In this document: piece after piece, positions 1 through 9,047 of the stretch
Position numbering within the stretch: position 1 is the stretch's first letter
Layout of the letters: each line of letters begins with the position of its first letter
Source of the DNA: an uncultured Lachnospiraceae bacterium
GTDB taxonomy: Bacteria > Bacillota > Clostridia > Lachnospirales > Lachnospiraceae
Assembly (NCBI GenBank): GCA_964385485.1
Contig: CAYLPF010000001.1
Location: 1 to 34,334, forward strand
DNA length: 34,334 bases
Direction of reading: 5' to 3'
The notes under the pieces: generated by a model
What the model saw: only the letters and a program-made list of their open reading frames with translations
The model's database searches: none
Told to the model about the DNA's origin: nothing
Translations under genes and position numbers: made by a program

Positions 1-9
1 TTTTTTTAT

Positions 10-97
10 GTTGCCATGCATGCGAAAGGAAGCTCCGGTGGAGGTTCCTTTTCGTTGCCATGCATGCGAAAGGAAGCTCCGGTGGAGGTTCCTTTTC
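10..97. repeat. Exact 44-bp tandem duplication inside a palindromic, REP-like intergenic element (about 3-140, probably cut by the window edge)
   Basis: GTTGCCATGCATGCGAAAGGAAGCTCCGGTGGAGGTTCCTTTTC occurs at 10-53 and 54-97. Each unit has an internal stem GAAAGGAA.CTCC/GGAG.TTCCTTTTC. A further hairpin lies at 98-124, and TTTTTATGT (3-11) is complementary to ACATAAAAA (123-131). Confidence 0.9.
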
Positions 98-170
98 GTC
101 ATAGGAAACTTCGTTTCCCATGACATAAAAACGCTCCGTGAGGATGTGTAAAGCACATTTTTGCTCTGTC

Positions 171-236
171 AATGGAAAAAATCAAGGCTTATGGAAATTT
201 TGATATCTTTATGAAGGGCAAAATCCGGGATAAACT
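171..236 (+). promoter_or_regulatory. Putative activator-dependent promoter, site 1: TGGAAA direct-repeat operator plus -10 TAAACT
   Basis: TGGAAA at 173 and 192 (19-nt period). 171-204 matches 1383-1416 at 29/34 positions. TAAACT starts at 231, 39 nt after the second half-site. The -35 region is poor. Confidence 0.65.
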
Positions 237-303
237 CGATAAATCAAAAGTGCTTCAAGTGTAATCCTAAATGTATGGGAAAAGGAAGAAAATGAGGTGG
301 GGG

Positions 304-708
304 ATGAAAAAGATATATTTTCTGAGATCAGTTGCTTTATGGATCATTATTGTTTTTATTTTGGCAATGGTGTTGAAACCATACCGTATTGTCAATACAG
401 AAGCTTTTGATGGAAGCCTGCAGATCCGGGGATATTCCGGTTATACGATTGATGTTGCGTATACAGAGATAGAGTCTGCAGAGTTACTGAAGGATCTCGA
501 TTATGGCGTTCTGATAGAAGGTACAGATAAGAAAAAAGAGAAAAGCGGAATATGGGAAAATGAGATGTTTGGGGAGTATCAATTATGTGTGAACACAGCA
601 ATTAATGATTGTATTATCCTGCGTACGGCATCGGATACCCTGGTAATTAATTATGAATCCGCAAAATCTACGGAAAACCTATATGAAGCTATTTTAAAAC
701 AGCTGTAA
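304..708 (+). CDS. Hypothetical protein with an N-terminal membrane anchor (possibly bacterial PH-like domain)
   Basis: ORF 271..708; ATG 304 follows GAGGTGG. One hydrophobic stretch (VALWIIIVFILAMVL), then a beta-rich region ending in a helix. The fold is only a guess. Confidence 0.7.
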   Translation: MKKIYFLRSVALWIIIVFILAMVLKPYRIVNTEAFDGSLQIRGYSGYTIDVAYTEIESAELLKDLDYGVLIEGTDKKKEKSGIWENEMFGEYQLCVNTAINDCIILRTASDTLVINYESAKSTENLYEAILKQL

Positions 709-730
709 AGAAAAACTTAAGGAGGCAAAA

Positions 731-1366
731 ATGAAAGCTTTTATTTTTGATCTGGATGGCGTGATCGTACATACAGATAAGTACCATTATCAGGCATGGA
801 AAAGGCTGGCGGACAGGTTAGGTATCTATTTTGACGAGGAGATCAATAACAGGCTTAGAGGAGTCAGCCGGATGGACAGCCTCGATATCGTGCTGGAAAG
901 GAGTGACGTGGCCTGCTCCATCGAGGAAAAGGAGAGGTACGCGGAGGAAAAAAACGGCATTTACAGGTCTCTTCTGAATTCAATGAGGCCATCCGATGTC
1001 CCGGATGCGGTCAGAAAGACATTGGAAGAATTAAAAGAGCGGGGGCATAAGCTGGCGATCGGATCGTCCAGTAAGAACACAAAGTTCATTCTCAGACAGG
1101 TTGGGCTGATAAACTCGTTTGACGCAATATCAGACGGGACAAATATCAGCAGGTCAAAACCGGATCCGGAGGTATTCCTGAAAGCGGCCCAGATGCTGGG
1201 AGAAGAGCCGGAGAACTGTATTGTTGTGGAAGATGCCTGTGCCGGGATCGCTGCGGCGAAGGCTGCGAATATGTACGCGGTCGGCATCGGGGACGCAGCG
1301 TCTTATGAAAAAACGGATTATACGATAAAAGAGTTTGCGGATCTGCTGGATTTGCCGGAAATATAA
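731..1366 (+). CDS. pgmB: Beta-phosphoglucomutase (HAD superfamily)
   Basis: HAD motif I FDLDGVI, cap motif LRGVSRMDSL typical of beta-PGM, SSSKN, KPDPEVF and VEDA. RBS AAGGAGG. Confidence 0.9.
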   Translation: MKAFIFDLDGVIVHTDKYHYQAWKRLADRLGIYFDEEINNRLRGVSRMDSLDIVLERSDVACSIEEKERYAEEKNGIYRSLLNSMRPSDVPDAVRKTLEELKERGHKLAIGSSSKNTKFILRQVGLINSFDAISDGTNISRSKPDPEVFLKAAQMLGEEPENCIVVEDACAGIAAAKAANMYAVGIGDAASYEKTDYTIKEFADLLDLPEI

Positions 1367-1382
1367 GGGTTTTTAAGAACAA

Positions 1383-1448
1383 AATGGAAAAATTGACGGC
1401 TTCTGGAAATTTTTATGGCTAGGAAATCAGAATACCAGCGTATATAGT
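1383..1448 (+). promoter_or_regulatory. Putative activator-dependent promoter, site 2
   Basis: TGGAAA at 1385 and 1404; -10 TATAGT at 1443 (39 nt after the second half-site). Also a 10-bp inverted repeat, TTGACGGCTT (1393-1402) / AAGCCGTCAA (1450-1459). Confidence 0.65.
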
Positions 1449-1490
1449 AAAGCCGTCAAAAGACAATCTCAATTTTGAAAGGAGAAAGGT

Positions 1491-3227
1491 ATGAAGAACA
1501 AAGTAATTACATGTATGCTTGCGGCAGCAGTGGCTATGAATATGCCGGTTACAATGGGTATTGCTTATGCGGCATCGGAGGAACCGGAGACGGCAGCTGA
1601 AAGCGAAGCTGAGGTGGATGTAGACGCATTGTTTCAGGAAGCAATGTCGATCAATTTGAGTGGAGACCATGAAGCGGCTATGGAAATTTTCATGCAGCTT
1701 TATGAAATGGGAGAAGGAAAGGGTGCGGAGATGATCGCTTCCATGTATGAGAGAGGGGAAGGCGTAGAACAGGATTATGCGAAGGCGCTGGAATGGAATG
1801 AGAAAGCAGGAGAGATGGGCAGCGGACGGGGCTATACCAACATCGGCCAGATGTATGAGAATGGCAATGGCGTAGAGCAGGACTATGCAAAAGCGCTCGA
1901 GTATTACGAGAAATCAACGCAGACAGAGACTCCGGATTTCAAGGGGGCGCGCTATGCGGGGCTGCTGTATGAGAATGGCAATGGTGTGGACGCGGACGCT
2001 GCGAAAGCTGCAGAATATTATCAGATGGCTGCCGAGAGCGGAGACATCACAGGCGCTTACCTGTTGGGCGCAATGTACGAAGAGGGACGTGGCGTGGATC
2101 AAAGCGATGAGGAAGCGGCAAAATATTATGAGATGGCGGCTTCACAGTCTGATAACCAGCAATCCGCGGATGCGGCGTATGCGCTCGGAAAAATGTATAT
2201 AGAAGGAAGAGGCGTGGAAGCAGACGAAGAAAAGGGCGTGGAGTATTTGCAGCAGGCAGCATCTTACGCGAAGCGTGAGGCGATAGCGGATTTGGAAGAT
2301 ATGGGAATTGAGCCGGTAGAGGCGCAGATGCCTGACGGCGCAGACGGCGGTTCCGCAGGCGGGATGATGTCCATGGGTTCCGGAAAAGAAGATGATGAAG
2401 TCCTTCAGAGCCTGATCGATACGTATGTGGATCAGTTTGGACAGGATGAATTTGTGGATGAGGAGCTGGATGTTACGATCCCATACAACGTATTCCTGCC
2501 TCCGGAATATGACGAAACAGCAGAGTATCCGCTCCTGATGTTTATTGCGGATTCCAGCACAGTGGGTACAGATTTATCAAAGCCTCTGACACAGGGATAT
2601 GGAGCGCTTGTGTGGGTGACAGATGAATGGCAGGCCGAGAATCCCTGTATCGTGGTTGTCCCGCAGTATGATGGCGTGGTCGTAGATGATAATGACGGTT
2701 ATACAACGACAGAGTATCTGGACGCTACGAAGGATCTGTTCGATTATCTGATGGAAAAGTATGCTGTTGATGAGAAACGTATCTATGGAACGGGGCAGTC
2801 AATGGGATGCATGATCCATCTGAACCTGGCGGCAAAGTATCCTGACCTGTATACAGCCTGCATGTTTGTTGACGGACAGTGGGCCGCTGATGAACTGGCG
2901 CCGTTGGCAGAGCAGACCTTTGTAATGTTTGCGGCAGGCGGCGATGACAAGGCATATACAGGTATGCAGGAGCTGATCCCGGTTCTGGAGGAGGCCGGCG
3001 CAGAAATGAGTGAAGCAGAATGGAATGCCAAATGGACAGAGGATGAGATCGCAGCAGCGGCCGATGAACTGTTTGGAGAAGGAAATCCGATTAATTTCAT
3101 TGTATGGGAGAAGGGCTCGGTTATTCCGGATCCGGCGCCTGAAATGGCATTTGAGCATATGCTTTCTTTTGATCCTGCATATAAAACAGTGGCTGCAAGA
3201 CAGTGGCTGTTTGAGCAGAGCAAGTAA
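1491..3227 (+). CDS. Secreted Sel1-repeat protein fused to an alpha/beta-hydrolase (esterase/predicted peptidase) domain
   Basis: Signal peptide ending AYA-A. Five Sel1 repeats (..MYE.G.GV..D..KA.EY...AA). Gly/Met-rich linker. Then YNVFLP..YPLLMF, nucleophile elbow GTGQSMG and a C-terminal His (FEHM). Confidence 0.85.
   Translation: MKNKVITCMLAAAVAMNMPVTMGIAYAASEEPETAAESEAEVDVDALFQEAMSINLSGDHEAAMEIFMQLYEMGEGKGAEMIASMYERGEGVEQDYAKALEWNEKAGEMGSGRGYTNIGQMYENGNGVEQDYAKALEYYEKSTQTETPDFKGARYAGLLYENGNGVDADAAKAAEYYQMAAESGDITGAYLLGAMYEEGRGVDQSDEEAAKYYEMAASQSDNQQSADAAYALGKMYIEGRGVEADEEKGVEYLQQAASYAKREAIADLEDMGIEPVEAQMPDGADGGSAGGMMSMGSGKEDDEVLQSLIDTYVDQFGQDEFVDEELDVTIPYNVFLPPEYDETAEYPLLMFIADSSTVGTDLSKPLTQGYGALVWVTDEWQAENPCIVVVPQYDGVVVDDNDGYTTTEYLDATKDLFDYLMEKYAVDEKRIYGTGQSMGCMIHLNLAAKYPDLYTACMFVDGQWAADELAPLAEQTFVMFAAGGDDKAYTGMQELIPVLEEAGAEMSEAEWNAKWTEDEIAAAADELFGEGNPINFIVWEKGSVIPDPAPEMAFEHMLSFDPAYKTVAARQWLFEQSK
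1722..2270 (+). repeat. Five coding Sel1-like repeats (about 36-40 aa each)
   Basis: Recurring MYERGEGVEQDYAKALEW / MYENGNGVEQDYAKALEY / LYENGNGVDADAAKAAEY / MYEEGRGVDQSDEEAAKY / MYIEGRGVEADEEKGVEY. Confidence 0.85.
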
Positions 3228-3269
3228 AGACGCAGAAATACAATATGCAGAGAAAGGGGAGAGAATGAA

Positions 3270-4217
3270 TTGTGGAAATATGTACTTAAGAGGCTGGCAT
3301 GGATGGTGGTAATTGTAATCGGCGTCGCGTTTGTGATTTTTACCATTACTTATCTGACGCCGGGGGATCCGGCCAGGGTACAGCTTGGCGAGTCAGCCTC
3401 AATTGAGGAAGTGGAAGCGCTGAGGCACCAGCTCGGTCTGGATTTACCTTTTCTGGCTCAGTTTGGGAACTTTATTTATTCCACATTTATTAAATGGGAT
3501 TGGGGAACATCGTGGACGTATGGTGTGCCGGTGATGCAGGAGTTTGTTTCCCGCTTACCAAGGACAATGGGTATGGGAATTGCCAACATGATATTATCCG
3601 CGCTGCTTGGTTTGCCGCTTGGCATCATGGCGGCCCGCCGGCAGGGGACATGGCGCGATTACGGCGTTATGGGGCTCAGTATGGTTTTTATCTCACTGCC
3701 TGGATTCTGGGTTGCCCTTGAGTGTGTTTTGATTTTTTCTCTGAAGCTTGGCTGGCTGCCGGGATATGGGATTGGCGGTTTAAAGTATTATATCCTGCCG
3801 GTTGCTTCCGGAGTAATGGTAGGGATTGCCCAGTCTGCCAGACAGATGCGGTCTTCTATGCTTGAGGTTATCCGTGCCGATTATATTACTACGGCAAGGG
3901 CAAAGGGGCAAAAAGAAAATGTCATTGTTGCAAGGCATATGGTGCCGAATGCGATGATGCCTATTATTACGATGCTTGGCGGCCAGTTCGCAGGAGTTGT
4001 GGCGGGACAGACGATCACAGAAAAGGTATTCAGTATCCCGGGAGTTGGATTATACCTGCTCAATGGTATCAGCTACAGGGATTATCCGGTTATCCGTTCC
4101 TGCGCGTTGTTCTTTGCTATTTTTTCTTCCCTGGTGATGCTGCTGGTGGATCTGGTATATGCATGGCTGGATCCGCGGATCAAGGCGCAGTATGCAAGCA
4201 ATGGAAGGGGGAAATGA
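3270..4217 (+). CDS. Opp/Dpp-family ABC transporter permease (DppB/OppB-like), cassette 1
   Basis: TTG start. PGDPA N-terminal motif, LGLD.P, EAA-loop DYITTARAKG, and RDYP...DPRI C-terminus. Confidence 0.92.
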   Translation: MWKYVLKRLAWMVVIVIGVAFVIFTITYLTPGDPARVQLGESASIEEVEALRHQLGLDLPFLAQFGNFIYSTFIKWDWGTSWTYGVPVMQEFVSRLPRTMGMGIANMILSALLGLPLGIMAARRQGTWRDYGVMGLSMVFISLPGFWVALECVLIFSLKLGWLPGYGIGGLKYYILPVASGVMVGIAQSARQMRSSMLEVIRADYITTARAKGQKENVIVARHMVPNAMMPIITMLGGQFAGVVAGQTITEKVFSIPGVGLYLLNGISYRDYPVIRSCALFFAIFSSLVMLLVDLVYAWLDPRIKAQYASNGRGK

Positions 4218-4218
4218 G

Positions 4219-5118
4219 ATGAGGACAAGTAGCAGCTTTGCTGCCGGAAATGTGAGTGAATATGAAACCAGGAAAACATGGAGCCATATTTCAGAAACTT
4301 TTCAAAATATATTCCGTACTCCCAGTGCGAAATTGGGCGGTGTGATTTTCACAATTGTTGTGATCGCCTGTGTCTTAGCGCCGCTCATTGCTCCATATGA
4401 TCCGTATGAAATGGATTTACGAAGCGCTTATACGTCTCCGTGCATGGCGCATTTATGCGGCACAGATTCTATGGGCAGGGATATTTTTTCCCGTTTGCTG
4501 TATGGCGGACGGTATTCGCTGGCGTTAGCGTTGGTTGCAGATATTTTCGGACATGCCTGCGGGGTGATCGTGGGCAGTATTGCCGGGTATTATGGAGGTA
4601 AGGTAGAGAACCTGATCATGCGCCTGTGTGATATCTGGTCCGCGATCCCCGGACTGCTGTTAACCATACTGATTTCCCAGGCATTTGGGGCAGGCTTTTT
4701 TAATACAGTATTGGCCCTGTCCGTTGGCGGCATTGCCCCGGGAGCCCGTCTGACGCGGGGGCAGATCTTAGCGGAACGGGATAAAGAATATCTGGAAGCG
4801 GCAGAGTCCATTAATTGTTCAAAAATCAGCATCATGTTCAGCCATCTGCTTCCGAACATTATCCAACCGACCATTGTTGGGATGACGACGGGCTTTGGAG
4901 GGACGATTATCAATGCCTCCGGGCTGAGTTATCTGGGATTGGGCGTTCAGCCGCCAACTCCTGAATGGGGCGCTTTGCTGTCAGAAGGGACTTCTGTTGT
5001 AAGAACCTATCCATATATTATACTGTTTCCGGGTCTGATTATTGGTATTACCGTACTCGCAGTGAATCTGATGGGCGATGGTATCCGGGATGCCCTGGAT
5101 CCAAAATTGAGACAATAG
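4219..5118 (+). CDS. Opp/Dpp-family ABC transporter permease (DppC/OppC-like), cassette 1
   Basis: GTDSMGRDIFSR, EYLEAA, LSYLGLGVQPPTPEWG, GDGIRDALDP. ATG 4219 lies directly after the upstream stop. Confidence 0.92.
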   Translation: MRTSSSFAAGNVSEYETRKTWSHISETFQNIFRTPSAKLGGVIFTIVVIACVLAPLIAPYDPYEMDLRSAYTSPCMAHLCGTDSMGRDIFSRLLYGGRYSLALALVADIFGHACGVIVGSIAGYYGGKVENLIMRLCDIWSAIPGLLLTILISQAFGAGFFNTVLALSVGGIAPGARLTRGQILAERDKEYLEAAESINCSKISIMFSHLLPNIIQPTIVGMTTGFGGTIINASGLSYLGLGVQPPTPEWGALLSEGTSVVRTYPYIILFPGLIIGITVLAVNLMGDGIRDALDPKLRQ

Positions 5119-5129
5119 GGCGGTGCGAA

Positions 5130-6134
5130 ATGGAAAATAAGAATTTTTTGGAAGTAAAAAATCTTGTGGTTGAATATACCCAGGGAAAGAATATTATTCA
5201 TGCAGTGAACGGCGTTTCGCTTGAACTGCAGAAAGGCAGAAGCTTAGGACTGGTTGGCGAGACCGGAGCAGGGAAAACAACCATAGCAAAGGCAATCCTT
5301 CGGATTCTGCCGGATCGTGCGGCCCATATAAAAAGCGGGACCGTCATGCTCGACGGAACTGAGATATCATCGGTCTCCGAGGAAGAAATGCTGAAAATCC
5401 GAGGCAGAAGGATTGCGATGATTTTTCAGGATCCAATGACGGCGCTGAATCCTTTGATGACTGTAGGAGAACAGATCATGGAGGTAATAGCGCTGCATAA
5501 TCCGGAAATGAAGCGTGATGAATTAATAAACCAGTCAAAGAAAATGCTGGAATTGGTCGGGATCTCCGGGCAGCGCTTCATAGAATATCCCCATCAGTTT
5601 TCCGGCGGCATGAAACAGCGTGTCGTGATTGCAATGGCGTTAGCCTGTGATCCGGTATTACTGCTTGCGGATGAGCCGACCACCGCGCTGGATGTAACGA
5701 TTCAGGCGCAGGTATTGGAATTAATTAAAGAGCTGCAGAAAAAATATGAAACGGCAATGATCCTGATCACGCATGATCTTGGAGTCGTAGCGGAGACCTG
5801 TGATGATGTGGCTGTCGTATATGCGGGACGGATCGTAGAATCAGGGAGCAAAGATGCAATATTCCGTAATCCGAAGCATCCTTATACGATAGGGCTGTTC
5901 CGGTCGCTTCCCATTATGAATGAGAATGCAAAGCGGCTTCATCCGATCCCCGGTATGATGCCGGATCCGGCTGATCTGCCGGAAGGCTGCGCGTTCGCTG
6001 CCCGGTGTCCCTATGCGGATGAGGCCTGCACAGGAGGAGAAATTGCGTCTGTAGAGACTGATAAAGGGCATTATTGCGCTTGTTGCCACATTGGAAAGGA
6101 GGAGGTGCCAGATGGCGGAAGCTCCATTGCTTGA
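5130..6134 (+). CDS. Opp/Dpp-family ABC transporter ATP-binding protein (DppD-like), cassette 1
   Basis: Walker A GETGAGKT, signature FSGGMKQR, Walker [13 protein letters not shown] and a Cys-rich C-terminus ([14 protein letters not shown]). Confidence 0.93.
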   Translation: MENKNFLEVKNLVVEYTQGKNIIHAVNGVSLELQKGRSLGLVGETGAGKTTIAKAILRILPDRAAHIKSGTVMLDGTEISSVSEEEMLKIRGRRIAMIFQDPMTALNPLMTVGEQIMEVIALHNPEMKRDELINQSKKMLELVGISGQRFIEYPHQFSGGMKQRVVIAMALACDPVLLLADEPTTALDVTIQAQVLELIKELQKKYETAMILITHDLGVVAETCDDVAVVYAGRIVESGSKDAIFRNPKHPYTIGLFRSLPIMNENAKRLHPIPGMMPDPADLPEGCAFAARCPYADEACTGGEIASVETDKGHYCACCHIGKEEVPDGGSSIA

Positions 6135-7071
6135 AGTGAAGCATCTGAAAAAATATTTTAAAGGGGCTTATGGACTGAATCACGCTGTTGATGATATATC
6201 TCTGACGATCAATAAAGGCGAAACCATAGGAGTTGTTGGTGAATCCGGATGTGGAAAATCAACCCTGGGACGGACGATTATTCATTTACAGGACGCTACG
6301 GATGGACAGGTTTTTCTGCATGGCAAGGATATTACCCATGCGAAGGGGGCTGAATTGAGAAGGGTCAGGGAGAAGATGCAGATTGTTTTCCAGGATCCAT
6401 ACAGTTCCCTGAACCCGAGGAAGTCCATCGACGCCACGATCCGTGAGCCGCTCCGTCACATTGGCATTCATGGGAAGGGACGCCTTGAAGAGGAAACCGT
6501 GAAGCTGATGAAGCTGGTAGGTATTGATAACCGGCTCCGATACTCCTATCCGCATGAACTGGATGGAGGACGACGGCAGAGAGTAGGCATTGCGCGTGCG
6601 CTGGCCCTGAACCCGGAGTTTATTGTCTGCGATGAACCAGTATCCGCATTGGATGTGTCTATCCAGGCACAGGTTTTAAACCTTCTGATGGATCTTCAGG
6701 AAGAAATGGGGATCGCCTATCTGTTTGTGACGCACGATCTGAGTGTAGTGAGACATATATCGAATCATATTTGTGTTATGTATCTGGGGCAGCTGGTGGA
6801 GAAAAGCCCTACCAGCGAATTGTTTGAAAACAGCCTGCATCCATACACAAAAGCGCTGTTGTCTGCTATTCCATCCGTGGATCTGGACCATCCAATGCAG
6901 CGGATTCAGCTGAAGGGTGAGATTACAAGTGCGATCAATCCCAGGCCCGGCTGCCGGTTCGCGGCACGGTGTCCATACGCAGATGAAAAATGTATGCAGC
7001 CCCAGGTGCTGGAAGAGGTGAGCCGGGACCATTTTGTTTCCTGCTGTCATGTGAAGGATATAAACAAATGA
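6112..7071 (+). CDS. Opp/Dpp-family ABC transporter ATP-binding protein (DppF-like), cassette 1
   Basis: GESGCGKST, variant signature [23 protein letters not shown] and Cys-rich tail. RBS GGAGG precedes ATG 6112. Confidence 0.93.
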   Translation: MAEAPLLEVKHLKKYFKGAYGLNHAVDDISLTINKGETIGVVGESGCGKSTLGRTIIHLQDATDGQVFLHGKDITHAKGAELRRVREKMQIVFQDPYSSLNPRKSIDATIREPLRHIGIHGKGRLEEETVKLMKLVGIDNRLRYSYPHELDGGRRQRVGIARALALNPEFIVCDEPVSALDVSIQAQVLNLLMDLQEEMGIAYLFVTHDLSVVRHISNHICVMYLGQLVEKSPTSELFENSLHPYTKALLSAIPSVDLDHPMQRIQLKGEITSAINPRPGCRFAARCPYADEKCMQPQVLEEVSRDHFVSCCHVKDINK

Positions 7072-7157
7072 TCCCTATGGGGTTATTTAACGCCTCAGAT
7101 GGCGTAAATAAATAAAAGTAACCTGAAAACATATCAAAACAAAAAAGGAGAAGAACT

Positions 7158-8819
7158 ATGAAAAGAAAAAAACTGGTCACACTATTCGTTGCTGCGGCGA
7201 TAGCTTCCTCAGCCCTTGGAAGCAGTGTATCGGCGGGGACGCTATCAGCAGCAGAGGAATATGCAAATAATTGCGGCGCTGTACCGCCTGAGGAAGTAAC
7301 CCCTGACGATAGCCGTAAGAGCACAGCAAACAGTGATGAAAAACTTGATACCCTGAATTTAAGCCTGTTTATTTCCGCTACTGACTTATCCCCTTATTAT
7401 GGCGGAGATCCGTCTTTCCAGCCAATGTCTGTCTATGAGACGCTGTTATGGCAGACCGGCGCGAATGAGTATGTCGGATATCTCGCAAAGGATTTTTATG
7501 AAGAAGATGACACCCATTTTATTGTAGAGCTGTATGATTATATTACAGACTCAGAAGGAAACAATATCACGGCATCGGATGTAGTATTCAGCTACAACCT
7601 GTTTATTGAGAGTGGCGAGGCGCAGGGCTTTGATGACTTTGAGAGTGTAGAGGCAGTTGATGATTACACCGTGCGTTTTACCTGGAAGGAGCCGCTGACA
7701 TCCCTTTCCTATAAATCCTCTATGCTGGCTAATTGCTACATAGTATCGGAAAAGGCGTACAACGAGCATGACATGGTTACGGATCCGGTGGGTACGGGCT
7801 CATACATCATTACTGATTTTGTGACAGATTCTTATGTTGACCTGAAAGCGCGTGAGGATTATTGGCAGACAGATGAGCTCCGGCTGGAGCGTTCCAAAGC
7901 AAATGTGGAGAATATTCATGTTGACTTTATTACAGATTCCGCTCAGCGCCTGATCGCCCTGGAGAATGGTTCTGTTACATGCGATACAAGTATTTTGTCC
8001 ACAGATGTTACAGATCTGCTGGAAGGTGAATTCGCAGGACAGTTTACCATGACCGTTGATTACAGTACAGATATTTATGGTATCCTTCCGAATATGTCAG
8101 AGGGGAAGATTACCGCAGATGAGAATTTCCGTCTTGCCCTCTGGTATGCATTAGACTCTGAAGCAATCTGTGCCGGCCTTGGTGAGAATATGTACATTCC
8201 ATGTACTACGATCGCAACACGTGCGGCAGCCGACTATCAGTCAAAATGGGATGACCTTGAAAACTATCTGACAGAATACGATATTGAGAAAGCGAAGGAA
8301 TATCTGGCAGCTTCCGGCTATAACGGGGAAACCCTGACGATCCTTGTAGAGCAGTTCCCGGCTGAGAAAATGTCTATTGCGCAGATCATGCAGAACTTCC
8401 TTCAGATGATCGGTGTAAATGTTGAGATCAAACAGGAAGAGCATGCGATCTGTATGGAAGACGCACAGAACCCGGATAACTGGGACTTCTGGATTTGTTC
8501 AAGTACTTACAACGATTATATTTCCCGCAAGCTTGAGAGCTGGTTTGATACCTCCCGCGGATTTGCGGCTGGATGCAATCAGGCATTTCTGGTCGATTCC
8601 GAATTGGATGAAATGCTGGAGACTGCAGGTTCGGTTGATGGATACAGCGATGAAGCGAATGACGCGCTTCTGACCTATGTTCTTGAGAAAGCATACGTTT
8701 ATCCGGTATGCTTCAGTATGTCATACAGCGCGTGGAGCCCGGTATATGCGAGCGTATATTCTGATCCGTATGACGGAACCTTCGATGCGTATGGAGCTTG
8801 TGATTTCTATCTTGACTGA
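7158..8819 (+). CDS. Family-5 (Opp/Dpp-type) ABC substrate-binding protein, cassette 1
   Basis: Signal peptide; VYETL, ITASDVVFS, VEAVDDYTVRF, PVGTGSY, NFRLAL, YDIEKAKEYLAASGY. Adjacent to dppBCDF-like genes. Confidence 0.9.
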   Translation: MKRKKLVTLFVAAAIASSALGSSVSAGTLSAAEEYANNCGAVPPEEVTPDDSRKSTANSDEKLDTLNLSLFISATDLSPYYGGDPSFQPMSVYETLLWQTGANEYVGYLAKDFYEEDDTHFIVELYDYITDSEGNNITASDVVFSYNLFIESGEAQGFDDFESVEAVDDYTVRFTWKEPLTSLSYKSSMLANCYIVSEKAYNEHDMVTDPVGTGSYIITDFVTDSYVDLKAREDYWQTDELRLERSKANVENIHVDFITDSAQRLIALENGSVTCDTSILSTDVTDLLEGEFAGQFTMTVDYSTDIYGILPNMSEGKITADENFRLALWYALDSEAICAGLGENMYIPCTTIATRAAADYQSKWDDLENYLTEYDIEKAKEYLAASGYNGETLTILVEQFPAEKMSIAQIMQNFLQMIGVNVEIKQEEHAICMEDAQNPDNWDFWICSSTYNDYISRKLESWFDTSRGFAAGCNQAFLVDSELDEMLETAGSVDGYSDEANDALLTYVLEKAYVYPVCFSMSYSAWSPVYASVYSDPYDGTFDAYGACDFYLD

Positions 8820-8855
8820 TCGATGTATCGATCCGGCAGGATAAAGAAAATAAAG

Positions 8856-9031
8856 GATCGGACAGGGGAGATTCATCACACCTGTCCGATCGCGCCGGCC
8901 GCGTGCCGCGACAGCGGTAATATTCCGCTCGCGGCCGTGCGCATAGCAGCAGGTGGATAATCATTATCCGCCTGTTATCAGATTATGGCTCCGCGGGAAT
9001 CCGGTTCTAACGGACAGTACCCCGGATAGCC
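8856..9031 (+). other. Run of four consecutive stem-loops after the substrate-binding protein gene
   Basis: GATCGGACAGG/CCTGTCCGATC (8856-8891); GCCGCG..AGCGG/CCGCT.CGCGGC (8905-8935); AGCAGGTGGATAAT-C-ATTATCCGCCTGTT (8948-8976); a looser GGCT...AGCC stem (8987-9031). No poly-T tail. Confidence 0.7.
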
Positions 9032-9047
9032 GGAGGAGATATGAAAT

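Noticed and set aside
10-97. CRISPR array
   Set aside because: Only two directly abutting units, no spacers and no cas genes.
8856-9031. Known riboswitch, T-box or tRNA
   Set aside because: No recognisable conserved motifs or terminator; kept only as an unassigned structured tract.
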